Source: Sminthopsis crassicaudata
Taxonomy: Eukaryota
Assembly: GCF_048593235.1 (NCBI RefSeq)
Contig: NC_133619.1
Span: forward strand, 419,519,644 to 419,583,643
DNA length: 64,000 nucleotides
Direction: 5' to 3'
Made by a program: the position numbers and the translations under genes. Shown here in pieces: positions 39,301 to 52,845 of the stretch (the stretch's first letter is position 1; every line of letters begins with the position of its first letter). The notes beneath the pieces are model-generated. The model was not told the DNA's origin, searched no databases, and saw only the letters and a program-made list of their open reading frames with translations.

Positions 39301-39649
39301 ATCCTAAGGTAGCATAAAAATGTCATTTATTATATGGCATGAACCTGAGGCCTTTCACTATCCTGGTTTTCTATCAGTGTTCTCCCTAATGTGTCACTAA
39401 AAATTGAACTTAATATTCTATATGTTTTCAGCAGCCTTTTGAAAGTGTAATATGAAGGCAATGAAACTAGTTTCCTCCACTTTTTTTTTCTTTCTTCAGG
39501 TAGCCACGGTTAGAGGAAGAGCTACATTTCCTTCTTAGAGGCAAGAACAGAACAGACTGTTGATTCTTGTGTGTAGGCTAGAGATCGTTACAACATAAAA
39601 TAATGAACCAGAAATTTGATACTGTGCGCAAAAGGTTATAAAACTGTTG

Positions 39650-39777
39650 ATTACCTTTTGATCTAGCAGTGCCACAACTGGGCTTGTATCCCAAAGAGAT
39701 CATAAAAAAAGAAAAGGATTTATATGTGGAAAATGTTTGTAGCAACTCTTTTTGTGATGACAAGGGTCTGAAATTGA
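39650..39777 (+). mobile_element. LINE-1 ORF2 C-terminal fragment running into a gap (39778-39942)
   Basis: Translation includes QLGLYPKEIIKK, matching the L1 ORF2 PLLGLYPKE motif. Confidence 0.85.
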
Positions 39778-42700
39778 NNNNNNNNNNNNNNNNNNNNNNN
39801 NNNNNNNNNNNNNNNNNNNNNNNNNNNNNNNNNNNNNNNNNNNNNNNNNNNNNNNNNNNNNNNNNNNNNNNNNNNNNNNNNNNNNNNNNNNNNNNNNNNN
39901 NNNNNNNNNNNNNNNNNNNNNNNNNNNNNNNNNNNNNNNNNNAAGATGCGTACATCTTAATGGAAGAATAATTTGTACATCTTTGGGTAGATACAAAATA
40001 ATCTTTGTTCAAGGCAACTGTGTACCAGTTCTTCCTAACCTGACCAGGATGGAATGCCAAAGCCTGACTTTTATTCCCTAAAACAAGTGAGGTCACAGGT
40101 TATCTTTATCTATCATATCCCCAGCCTTGCTTTGGTTCCTCATAGGGCTGTTATTGAAATAACAGAGAATAGACCTCACAGTATTATAAAATACTAGGTT
40201 TATCTGTCTAAAGTTAGATCCTCTTTGCTTGGATTAAGATTTGCTTTTATAGAGGCAAATTCCCTTTCACCTCACTGGGATTTTACACTCATTTCTTGAA
40301 TGGACTTTCTCATAAACAATGAATTTTGACACAGGAATTTTGCATATTGACTAGATTAGCTATTTTTCTCTTTTTCTTGATAGCATTTTGATTTCTGCAC
40401 TGTACCTGTTTTCCTCCTTCTCCACATCACACTAGAGAAGGTCACTATTTGATACAGATATAAATGACACTGAAATTTAGATCAATCAATCTCTCTATCT
40501 GTAAAACCATATAAGGCATACTTCTATTTTTCATTTTTTTCTCTGGTGGTGGATAACATCTTTCATAAGTCCTTTAAAGTTGATTTAAGTATTTATAATA
40601 TTCAGACTAGTTATTCACAGTTGTTATTTGAACAATATCACTGTTACGGTATACAACATTCTCTTGATTCATTAGCTATATTTTAAGTGTGGTTTTTCAT
40701 TTACTGTTAAAATGAGTGACATAATTTATAGTAATGAACATCAACATTAAAAAGTAATAGCACATGTCAAGTGTCTTTAGTGCCTGTAAAAAGTAGAGCA
40801 CAAGCAGGGTACAGTTTATAGGCTTAAAAAAATCCTTCAATTCCCTACTATGCACAATACAATTCAGTTTGAAATTGAAATGTAAACAAAAATCTTCAAA
40901 AGGTATTTAGGAAAATAATTTACATAATGCTCAACTACCAGAAACTACTTATAACCCTTTAAGCAAGGAAGGATATATTTTTATGATATTCTAAATTTTT
41001 TCTTTGTCAATTCCTTATTTCACATACACCACATGAGAATCTGTTTTTCTAAGATTAAGTAGGTTATAGATATTTTCATATTCATAATTCATATTCATAA
41101 TGATATTATTTTCTATTATTCAGTTTAAATAAGTTATAAATTAAAATTACAAAAGTAAAGCATCCTTTTATTTCAATTCCTACAAAATTGATTTTCTGAC
41201 CCTTTTGAAAAGCTTCAAAACTGTCAAAAAGGGAAGTTTTATATTATAATAATAAGAAAAAGAATAGATGTATTTTAAGATTCTATTTAAAACATAAGAA
41301 AACAAAATGCCACTATGCTAAAATAGATAATTGAAAGTTAAATCCTCAAATAAAATTTACATTTTTATAACTCACGTGTACCTTAAAGTACATTTTGTTA
41401 AACTCAAGAATGATTTGTATTTAGAGCCAGACATTTTTCAGCTTTATTCAAACTTTGAATTGTTGTTCATAGTCTTCAACTTTCTTGATTATAGGGTAAT
41501 ATGCAATATGATGATTATTTTTTCATTTTCAAAACTAGATGAAAACATTTTTTAGATGTTTAACTGATTTCAAAATAATTCAGCCATACTGTAAGAAATC
41601 ACTATAAGTAATTAATAGCCATAACATAGATTTAAAAATTAAATCCTTAGTGTGTTTCAAATATGGATTTAAAAAAAATAGCAGCATAAAATAGAATAAT
41701 TCCTGAGGGAGCTGTAGTATATTTAAAAAGCTCTGAATTTAAAAGGATCTGAGTTTGATTTGCAGCTTTTTTTTTTTTTTTTAACTTGTCAGACATCAGA
41801 GTAGATCCTTAACATTTCTTGGGGTCAAATGTAAAATTGACTGATGGTCTTAAAATCATTTCAAACTCCAACTCTTATATTCCAATGTAAAACACTAGAA
41901 CTATAATATATAGTAATCAGCCTATCAGAGACTTGTCATTCATACTCTGCTGTTTATAGGCAAGAATTTGTTCATTCAGCTGCAATATGGGTGTACTTTA
42001 TCCCTGTTACTTAAGGACCCCTAATGCTATTTCACTTATCCCACAGTTTTGACAGAAATAGAACCTCTTTTCATTAGGGAAAACTCTGAAACACAAGGTA
42101 CTAACAACGCCTTTTTCTAAATCCAGGATTGCATTTGTCGAGGTGAACTGAAAAGAAGATGTACTTATTTAAAGCAGATAGAGGAACTGAGTAGAAAGAA
42201 TAAATGATATAAACTTGGAGAAAGGAAGCCCAATAGAGAGAAGAGCTGAGTAACTCAAAAGCCAGGGGTGCTAACAAACAGGAGAAGCTAATTACAGGAC
42301 AGTGAGCTATGGAAACTACAGTTACCATGCTTTGTTACTGCATGGCCCACCTATAGGATAATTATTACAGACCCTTCCAAAAGAGATGTCAATATTTGTA
42401 AGCTGGCTCTGACACATCGGCATGATACCTGCCTGGGTTCTGAGACTAATAGATAAGAAACTTCAGAACCAAGCAATGTCAAACCTTAATATTCATTATG
42501 GTTACTGTGAATTTGAATTGTATCCTTCACATTCTCTTGAAAAGGGATTTGGTTATTCATTCTTCTGAAGACACAAGAGACAACAGCCATTTTTTTTGCG
42601 GGAGTAAAGAAGCAAAGATAAAATTCACAATTGATTTGCTTGCCTTTCTTTACCTTTCTAGTAAGCCTTAATTAAATATTTTTTTCCACATGTTGTTTGT

Positions 42701-45700
42701 ATAGTCTGACACAGATGTTGCGTTGGTAGAGTCTCAGGCAAAGTTAGAAAAGTTAATCATTAAAAACATCTTGAACTTGGGAACTAGTAAGATTCATGCG
42801 GAGAGATTTTGGGCCCAGGGCTACATAACCAAATATTTATTGAATGCCTTACAAGATGTGAGGACAAGTTCTGTGAGAGATACATGATTTCTAATATTTG
42901 GGGGTTGTAGAAATGGAGGGCCTTTAGAGATCACTGTCTATGTACAAATACAACTGGAAAATGAAAAAGGATATAACATTCCTAAGTTCACGTAACTAGC
43001 AAAAAAGAATAGCTCTTTTTTTCATATGGAATTACTAAGTTGATTTTTCAATCTAAATAATAAAGAAATAGCTAATTTTTTCTTTCTTTTTACACTAGAT
43101 AAAAGAAAGGAAAATCTGGTCACTCACAGGAGCTAGTAGGTTTGGGCATTTAGCAGATATTAGAAGAGCAGATCTCTTGCTACTGCTCACTAATGTGTTA
43201 ACTATTCTCCTTCTTCATGTACTTTTTTTTTTTATTATTATCCTGCAGTGAGAACATAAGCGACAAAAGAAGCCTAAGAGAACATGTCATAATGGAAATT
43301 CAGAATTGGCAGGCATCTCAGATGTCACATAAAACTTAATTAGTTATCAACTCTCCAATATCCTCAATAAAAGCTAACATTTACATCAGGCCATAAGATT
43401 TGTAAAGCTGTGTACATGTATTTTCTCATTCCGTCAATCAGTGGTCAATCAACATCTCTGAAGATTTCCCTCTAGTGAATATTTAGCCCATTCCACTTAG
43501 AGATACCTCCATTTAGTAGTTTTTCCTTTTTTTGATTCCAAATCTACCATTATGTGACATGAATACCCACAACAATTTCATATGATAACTATTTAGCTAT
43601 AAGAAGATAATCATTCTTTCACATGAAAACCCATTGTACTTAAAGATATCTATCATGTTCTTCTATCTTCTCTTCTCCAGGCTAATTTTCCATAGTCCTA
43701 TAGTGTACTGTGCCTGGAGCCAGGAAAATCTGAGCTCAGATTTGGCCTGGGACACTTACTAGCTGGGTGACTTTCAGCAAATCAACTATTTTGTAAGTAT
43801 AAATAATAAGAAACAATAGTCAAGTACTATTATACTACAATATCTAGACTATATTTAGTATTACATATATTTTGCACATATAGTACAAGTTTGTATAATA
43901 ATTATTTGACAATGTACCTAAGACAGCAATAAGAGACTGCTTAATAAGTCGACACATGTTTACATTTGTTCGGATGATGTTTCTCATAACCAAATCATGA
44001 AGCTTTTACAAAATAATAGCTAAAATTTATATAGTGCTTATTATATACAAAATACTATACTAAGCACTTTAGTGTCTCATTTGATCCTCACAGGTGAGGA
44101 AACGGAGGTGGACAAAGGTTGGTGATTTGCTGAAAGTCACCCAGCTAGTAAATGTCTCACGCTAAATCTGATCTCAGGTTTTCCTGACTCCAGGCACAGA
44201 ACACTATATAATGTAACACCTTGCTTCCCTGATGCCCACAATGGAAGACTTAGGCTGAACATGTCACTATTATTTTTGACATAGCATATGCCTTAAAGTC
44301 AGAAAGATAAGCAATGTTCTAAATACTGATGCTCTAATACAGCATAAAGTATATACCAGAAAGGTAATTTAAGTCAGTGTTAAAAGAGGTAGCATAGGAT
44401 AAGAGCACAGATGGCAATGGAGTCAGAGGGACCTGAGTTGTGTTTGTGACACAAATAGTTAGGTGAACCTTCAAGAACAACATTTAACCTGCAGTACTCC
44501 AGGAATCCCTTTTAAAAACAGATGTCGATCTGCTTTGGTAGAAATAGTTCTCTAAAACAATGAAATCAAAGACTTGGCCCAATAGATAAGTAAATTAATT
44601 GATGAATTAATAAATGAACATATAAACAAATAAATGAATGAGCAGTGATGGGAAATTATCAGGAAAGGTTGATAATCAAAGCAAAAAAATGAACCATTAT
44701 ATTAGGAACTCTACATATGTACTATGTACTTGGAGGGATCCTAAATCTGAAAAGCCCTAAAACTATGAAATCAAGATATTAAAAACTCAGTGAATTTTCC
44801 TTTCAGCTCCAATCCAAGGAAACAGAAGAAAAATAATTAAATTATGCAAAAAAGCCTTTTTGAAAAACTGTGAGGTAAGGAATTCTAATATATCTATAAG
44901 CTGTGTAAGTAATCCATTCAACTACATTATCCTGAAAATGAAAATGAGTATAATTTTTATCTGCAAACTTTTTTAGATGCTGAAGAGAAAATTATCCAAA
45001 TTAAAAAATATAAACTTAGGGAAACTTGCTAAAATTATGCTGATGCTAGGAGATAACTGGAGCCAATAAGTTAATTACCCAATCTATCTTTACCTGCTCT
45101 GCCATGTAGAATTATCCCCTTTCTTTCCCTCCTTTTCTATTGCCACAAAATACTTTGATCCTGAAAAGAAATATAACTTCTATAGAGAGGTACCATTTTT
45201 TGCATCTTCCCACTGCTTTTTTCATTTTTGTTGTTGTTTTCTATTTCTATTATTTATTACATTGCCTATTTATTGAGCCATCCCTTTGTTTCACTGGGAA
45301 GAAGTAAACATTGACTCTTGTCTCCTGAAAATGGTGAAATTAAATTTTCAACACATGGAAAAGGAAAGAAGAACTAGGTTTAAGTGAAAATTCACATATC
45401 TATTAAATGGCTATGGACAGAACAATCTGATCCTGTTCTATTATTTGGAAAATGGGAATAATATCAATATCTATATTTTAAATTAAATGGCCCCTGCTAT
45501 TTGTTCAAACTCTTTGATTCTGTAATACTTCACTGGATTGTTTTGAGTAGAATACTTTATATATCTTAAAGCATCTTAAAGTATGCCAGTAATATACAGG
45601 TTATTATTGATTTTGAAAGAGCTCATATAATTAAATAAATTAATATTTTAATGATTTAAAAGTTAATTTTGTGGCCATGTTTTTCTACTTGATTTAGATA

Positions 45701-48610
45701 GTAAGCTTGTGTTCCATAGGGATAGCCTTTGAGATCCCAGGGTGACTCCTGCTAAGACATCTGAGGAAGACTTTAGTGCTGTTATTACACTTGAGGCTGT
45801 GAACAGTAGAGAACTGTGTAGAGAATGTTTATATTTTATCCAGATTTAGTTATGCTTGATTTGGAAAAAATATTTTTTCTGTTATCTGAAATAGTCCCTC
45901 AACAAACATTCATTAAACACTTTTACTGTGCCAGTAAAGCATTAGTGATAGCAAAAAGTTAAAAAGCAGCCACTACCTTTAAGGAGTCCAGATTTTAATG
46001 GAGACAAGTAAAAAATTGGGTGCATGCAAAATATCAAAGTAGATATAAAGTAGTTTTAAAGAGGAAGGTTCTAGCAGTTGTGGGAAAATAGAAAAAGTCT
46101 TTGATAGAAGGACTTTGGGCTGCATCTTAAAGAAAGCTGCCAGCAAAACAGAGGTAGAGGTGAGGAGGTAGAGCATTCCAGGAATGCTAGTGCTAGTGGA
46201 AGATGACTTTCCTGAATTAATGGAAAGGGAGCAATCATTTATAAAATGAAGACATTTGTTTTTGTATTTCTATCCCCAGCACCTAAAACAATGCTTGAAA
46301 CACAAGAAATGCTTAATAAATGCTTATTGGTTGATTGATTGATAGCATCAGCATACAACCTGACTTTGATGTATCCCTAGATCACCCAAGATAAAGGCAC
46401 TTATGAGGCAGACATTTCATGTTCTGCTACTATATGCTTATAATAGTGGATTTTTACTTTTTTAAATTTGATTGATTGATTGAAGTGGAAATTTTTATTT
46501 TTATTGATTGAAGTGGAATGGTCAGTGTCTTTAAAAACTTATTAGATTAGGGGTGCCTTGTTATGTTTCTCCAGTGAAGTGCCAAGATATGAAGGTTTCT
46601 CTTGGTCATCATGCATTAAGTTGGATAGGAAGACCTTTATGCATACTTATGAACGGTGGTCCCAAGAAAAGGGCTTGGGGTTGGGGATTAATTCATTTGT
46701 CCTTTTCGATTCTAGGTTCAAGAGCCCTAGTCTTTAGATCTGGAAACTCAAGCCACTGCAATTTTGGAGTCAGGATTCCTGGCCAGATATTGGTTGCCAG
46801 TTCAGCAGGTAATCCTGGGAAGCCAATGGAGCAGGACACAAGATCAGGGGGGTAATAATAAGACAATTCTTAATACTAATCCTAAGTATGGATCAGAAAA
46901 GTTAACATCATTTGCAAGCCTAATTCTGTTTTCTAACAAAAAAAAAAAAAAGCTAGCATTTAATCAAGACCATAGCAATAGAATAAAAGAGGGAAATAGC
47001 AAGAAATATGTAGAGGTCTATAAGTTTCAACAGATATTTCCAGAAAGAGTAAAATTAATCTATTTATATTTTTAAGTTATAAAATTCTATTATAAATTTG
47101 ATCATAGGGCAAATCTGCAAGTTAAGTTGATACCTCTTTGGATTTACTTCAGAAAACTTACAAAAATAAGTATAATCTAAAAGAAAAGAATATTATCTAT
47201 TTTAGTCAGAGTTCTCTCCCTCTTCAAACTCCTTCACTCCCATGTTTACAACAAGTGAATATGACTGAAAGGTTATAATGATAACTTTTTAAAATTGGAA
47301 ATCTTTAGCCACGTGCATAATTTTAAGAGAGATGACTTTCAAAGCTAAACTTTCATATTGAAATTATAGGTTTCTCAGTTCTCTTAACTGATACTGTCTT
47401 CTTAGCTATTCTGTGAGTGATGGAGGAGCTCTTGCTAATGACCCAATAATTGATTTAATGGCTTTTTAAATTAACTGTGAAACTGTGAAAGTTTGTGTTC
47501 CCCATAATCAACTTACAAAGGTGAGAAAGGGTGATTTTAAAATTCATAACTATCTATGTATCTATCTATTTATCTATTTCCTTGATAGATCCCTAATTTG
47601 GCCTAAATTATTCTGTTAGGTAAAGGCACCTGAAGCTTTAAATAAAAGTACATGATAAGTAAGTATAAAAGAGAGAAAAAAAAGTATGAGCTCTTTCTTT
47701 TAAAAAAATGTTTTATGGCAAAAAAACCTATCATCACCAACAAATATTTATTGATCTCCCAAGTTTGAGCAGAGCTTGGGCCAGAGTGTGAATTTCAAAT
47801 CAATTGCCTGTTACTGGGAAATTTATGGAGATGAAAGCATTAGTGCAAACTTTTTTGGAGAATCTTTTTCTTTCTTCATCTTTAAAAGTGAACTAGATTA
47901 TCCAAATCACTCCCATCTTCCTTTTCCACCACTCAAAGGTTTTCTAAATTCTCATTATGCAAATATAATTATCAAGAACTAAATATTTAATTCATGTTTA
48001 TTATGGTTAACATTAAAACTATGTTACAGTAAAGTAATAATTTATGTTCTGTACTATACTTTGTTGTTTGCTGAGGATTTTTTTTGAATTATGCATATGC
48101 TTAGTTTTTCGAACTTAGAACATAATTTTTTATTTTAAATGTCTTTAATATTTTTCTGTAGTTGTATTTAATGGTTTTGATAGCCACTGGCTTACTGAAT
48201 TGATTCTCAATTGATAATAGGGACTGAGGATAGGAAGCACAGCAGCAGTTGCTTGAGCTGATGGCATTAGAATGGGGACAAACAAATCCAGGAATCAAAT
48301 ACTGCCCCAATTTCCCACATTGTTTGTATGTCAGCTGCACTAAGAATCATTTTTATATATTTAAATAAAATTTTATTTTTTTAGATGTTAAAAAATAAAA
48401 CGATATTCTTAATTCCTTTATTCATATTGTATTTGATCCTTTGGCTTAGTTTGCCACCCTTTGTATTAGAGAATCATGCCCATCTCCTCAGGGGCATCCC
48501 TAAACCACGAAGGAGAGAGGATCATCAGCTTACACAGGCCCTATATATACTTTACAAACTTTAAAGTATTAAATAAGTATGAGTTACTAGTAAGATAGCG
48601 GATACATTTT

Positions 48611-49322
48611 TGTAAGGAGGGTGGTCACTGAGGATCCAGTCCTTTGCATGTTTGGATCTGTCCATCCTAGCAGATATGAAAATATTTTCCTTGTTTACTT
48701 CCAATTTAACACCTAGACTTTTGGAGAGACAGATCAGAGCATGAGAAATAAAAATTCTTTTAATTTGGAAACAAGAAGAGCCCATGAGTTAGGAAGTGCT
48801 GAACTCACACAGAGTTCAAAGACAGAGGAACAACCTGCTTAGGTCCTGTCATTAAGGGAACCAAAAACTGGTGTAAGCTACCAGGTTGGTGGGAAGGCCA
48901 GTATCCCTATCTCTCATCTACTCATATGGGTCTTTGAGTACATGTTTTCTCTGTCTCTATAGTGTTTAATAGTTCCTGATTTTAAGTGTATGAGTACTTT
49001 AAGAAGGTAGGGTTCAGGTGACCATATCCAGGTGACCAGAAATCTACCTTTTCCTGTGCCCTCTGTTACTGACTGGTTGCTTGTGGTACCTCTGATGGAT
49101 TTTTTGAGCTCACATGGTCACCTGTACCCTACCTTTGATCAACCCGGATCTTTGTATTTTAAGACTGAGCCTACATTTTCCAGCCACTTTTTTTTTTCAA
49201 CAGGAGAATACAAGTTTGAGGAGACTCTTTGTAATTACTGTTTTTGCAATACTTTTTCATTAAATACTTTGTTCATCAGAATAAATAGAAGTTAGGGAAG
49301 GAGCCTTAAATGGAGTGTGACA
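48611..49322 (+). mobile_element. Possible LTR-like element with internal inverted repeat
   Basis: GC-richer block, tgtaagg...tgtgaca ends, AATAAA at 49280-49285; no TSD found, so boundaries are uncertain. Confidence 0.4.
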
Positions 49323-50549
49323 TGAATAAATCTAATTTTCTAAATTAAATCCCATTTAAAATACACTAATAATATTTGCTACTGTAGAACTCTGATTTTA
49401 GTAGCTGGGATTCAGATCCTACTTTTGATACTTGCTGTGTATGGGAAGATAATTTAATCATTCTAGAGCTCACTTTTGAAAAATGGATAATTATAATTCA
49501 AATACAATGTGTATTAATTATCCATAATATATATATTTTAAAAACCTTAAGCTGCTCCACAAATGTAAGCTATTATCATTTTCATCATCAATCTAGGCTA
49601 TGCCATTTTTATATGAATAGTCACTTCCAGATTTATTTAAGAAATTTTGGAGTTTTGTGTTAATTTTTCTTCTAGTGGGCACACATATTTACACTATTTT
49701 CAAAAATTTTATTTCAATTGATTTAAAAAATATTTATTTAAATATAGTAAGATCATCTTAATAGTCGTGATAAAATTAAAAAGAGCTACCAGAGTATTTT
49801 AGAATAATGTAGAGTTTGAATAAAATTTGTACTCTGCCTACACATAGGATGCCTGTCAGCCAAAGAATCCTCTCACAGAAGATGACTAAAATTAAATTAA
49901 ATACAGAATCCTTTCCTTCAAAATTGTGAAAGAACTCTGCCTTTATTTCCCTTAAAATGTCTTTCAAAGAAATATCCATTTTCCTCAGAGTATTCCCTTC
50001 CATTCAATATTTTGTTATAAGATATGATTACACTACATGATAAATCTATCTGAATACTAAATTTGAAATTTTTTTCTTAAGAATGATTTTTTTAGAAGAT
50101 TAATGATTTGAACCAAATGATTTAAGGTCTAATAAAGAGCAGGATTTCATTACTAGATAGATGTCCAGGTTCATTTTAGCTCAGATGTAGGTAGACTAGA
50201 CCTGTTTTCACATTTGAGTGATAGTTCTAGATTTTTTGTTTTTGCTGACAATTTTCACTGACTTCATCAAATGACCAAATGTAATTGGTCTTGGAACAGA
50301 AAGAAGATAAAGTTAACCATATACTCTCAGAGATCCTTTTGTATCTTAATTAGCTTTCTCATTTCATGGCTTGTGGGTATTTCCTCTTCTAATGCAACTC
50401 ACAGTCAATGTTTTTCCTTTTATCTATTTTCCACTTTCCCAGTTGACTTCTCATTTAAAGAAATCGATGTGAAAACTATTGCAACTATATGCAATGATAT
50501 TTCCCCATCTTTAATCTTTTAAAAATATTTTAATTGCAATTGATTTTTA

Positions 50550-51229
50550 CCTTCATTCTAGAGTCAAATTATACACAAATAAATAGTTGAATTTACAAGG
50601 ACTGNNNNNNNNNNNNNNNNNNNNNNNNNNNNNNNNNNNNNNNNNNNNNNNNNNNNNNNNNNNNNNNNNNNNNNNNNNNNNNNNNNNNNNNNNNNNNNNN
50701 NNNNNNNNNNNNNNNNNNNNNNNNNNNNNNNNNNNNNNNNNGATGCCTTATTGCTTGAAGACACATTAAGTACTATGAGCAGAAAATAACAGACTAAAAT
50801 CCTGACATTCTTATACTACCCCATGCCATGCATGTCTGCAATTAACATATAAGAGCTTGTTCACAATAGCTCTGTGGTAATGAAATTACAATAGGTATCA
50901 GAATTTGTAAGTGGAAGACTGGGTCAATTAGAGAAAAAAACACTCCTAAACTATACTGGAGGAGTCCATCTCAGGTACTGTTCTCCTCCATCATCGAAGT
51001 GCCAGACATGGATCTACATATCACATTGTACCACCCCTTGATTCTACTCCTTTCTTAATTCTGGATACCTATATCAACTCTTAGAATTGATGGTAGGCAG
51101 CCACCTCCACCTATTACACTGTTTTACTTTACCCTTACCATATTACATACAACACACTTCTGTAACACTTCCCCAATTTCTATTCATAATTGGGAGTTTT
51201 CCCGGAGAATGATTGCTACCCATAAGTTC
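50550..51229 (+). pseudogene. Decayed endogenous retrovirus pol (integrase) remnant, possibly with the start of env; spans gap 50605-50741
   Basis: Collinear motifs across frameshifts: PSF*SQII (50550), DWV (50917), YWRSPSQVL (50954), TWIYISHC (51006), resembling integrase GPxFxSQ / GDWV / WxGPYxVL / WIHxSH. Confidence 0.55.
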
Positions 51230-51242
51230 AAGAAATACCCTG

Positions 51243-51483
51243 TGGGCTAATTGTACATTATTTCATAATCCGATTCTTTTTGTACAACAAAACAACTGTT
51301 TGGACATGTATACATATGTTGTATTTAATTTATACTTTAACATATGTAACATGTATTGGTCAACCTGCCATCTTGGGGGGGAAGGAGGGAAAAATTAGAA
51401 CAAAAGGCTTGGCAATTGTCAATGTTGTAAAATTACCCATGCATATCTGGTAAATAAAAACTATTAAAGTCAAAAAAAAAAAA
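51243..51483 (+). mobile_element. Short LINE-1 3' end with poly(A)
   Basis: Homologous to 15561-15960; 13-bp TSD aagaaataccctg (51230-51242) / aagaagtaccctg (51484-51496). Confidence 0.9.
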
Positions 51484-52807
51484 AAGAAGTACCCTGCTTC
51501 ATATTAAAAATCAACAGTAGAGATACTATTAGCTCTCAGCATAGACATTTACTGAGATGGTATAGTAAAAATAGCTACAAAAGCTTGCTCCCCATAAGAA
51601 AGATTATATTTTTTCATTAATACAAATAGCATTTTTTGGAAAAATGGGCACAAATTTAGAGTTCATTACTAATGAGCAACACATTAAGGTAATGCACATC
51701 AAATTTACTCACTATTCTAGTACTCATTCTTTCACTTAGCTCCAATTTTTTAACTTCACTTTGAGAAAATCTGTGTTCAAGCCCTATCTCTTATACTTAC
51801 TAGCTGAGCAAGTTATTTAATTTCTACGATCCTCATTTTCTTCATCTGTAAAATTTTAAAAGGTAGATTGGACAACCTCTAAGGCCCCTTTTAACTCTTA
51901 ATCTTGGTTATATGATCTGTGAACTCATTTTTTTTTTTTAAGAGTTGCCTGTAAGGTTTTTGTGAATTATGTAGACCTTACAGGTGTGGCTATGTTTCTG
52001 TGGTATGGATTCAGAAATAAAAAGAAAGGCCCACATTTCTATTCTCATGCAAAACAACTCTTTCACTGGCTCTCTGTCTCTTAGAACTTCAGAGTATTAG
52101 AAATTTTTTGTTTTCATTCACTTATTGTGTTTTTATTTGTGTTTTTTTTATAGTAAGAATTTAGCTTGCAGAGTGAATAGAGCTCTAGACCTGCAGTCTA
52201 AAAGATCTGAATTCAAATATGACTTCAGATACTCACTGTGTGACTTTAGTTAAGCCACTTTACCCCTCTGTACTGTAGTCTCCTCATTTGTAAAATGGGG
52301 ATAATAATTGCACCTAAGGTTGTTATGAAGATCTAATGATAAGTGCTTTGCAAACCTTAAAACACTAACCTAATAGAAACATACTGGGCATCAACAAGAG
52401 GGCAGGAAGGCATTGACAGTGAAAATCAATTTCTGGAATAAGGCAGAGATAAATGAAAATTAAAGTTCACAGAAAGGAGAGATTAGAAGCATAAAAAGAC
52501 AAACTTCTTGTACTTGACAGTTATGCCGAAGGCCAGCTTTACCTACCAAGATGTCATACTTTCCAAGAAAGAGAGTCCCTGGAGTTTGCACTGTTTAAAT
52601 CAATGCAGAGAGACAGAAGAGTATCCCTAAACTTTAAGCTATTTTAATGCAGGGTATTTGCGAGGAAACAGGAAACACCAATTGATTCAATAGAATGTTA
52701 AAATCCAAAGTCAATAGTCTTGGTGCCCAATCATTAGATTTAAAAAAATATAGAGACAAAGAACTGCATAGCTCAAGAGTATTTCAAAGACTATCCTCAG
52801 ACACTAT

Positions 52808-52845
<38 letters not shown>

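Noticed and set aside
46559-46865. Solo LTR (tgttatg...aagaca) containing the 100-aa ORF
   Set aside because: GC-richer with TG...CA ends, but no TSD or poly(A) signal was found, so it is unsupported
50940-51160. Cytochrome b NUMT (ggaggagtcc; TLRIDGRQP resembling TWIGGQP)
   Set aside because: Similarity is patchy, the PEWY motif is absent, and four ordered integrase motifs explain the region better
52522-52630. KRAB-like peptide MPKASFTYQDVIL after an AG
   Set aside because: Only a few residues resemble KRAB-A, it stops after 35 aa, and no zinc-finger exon is present
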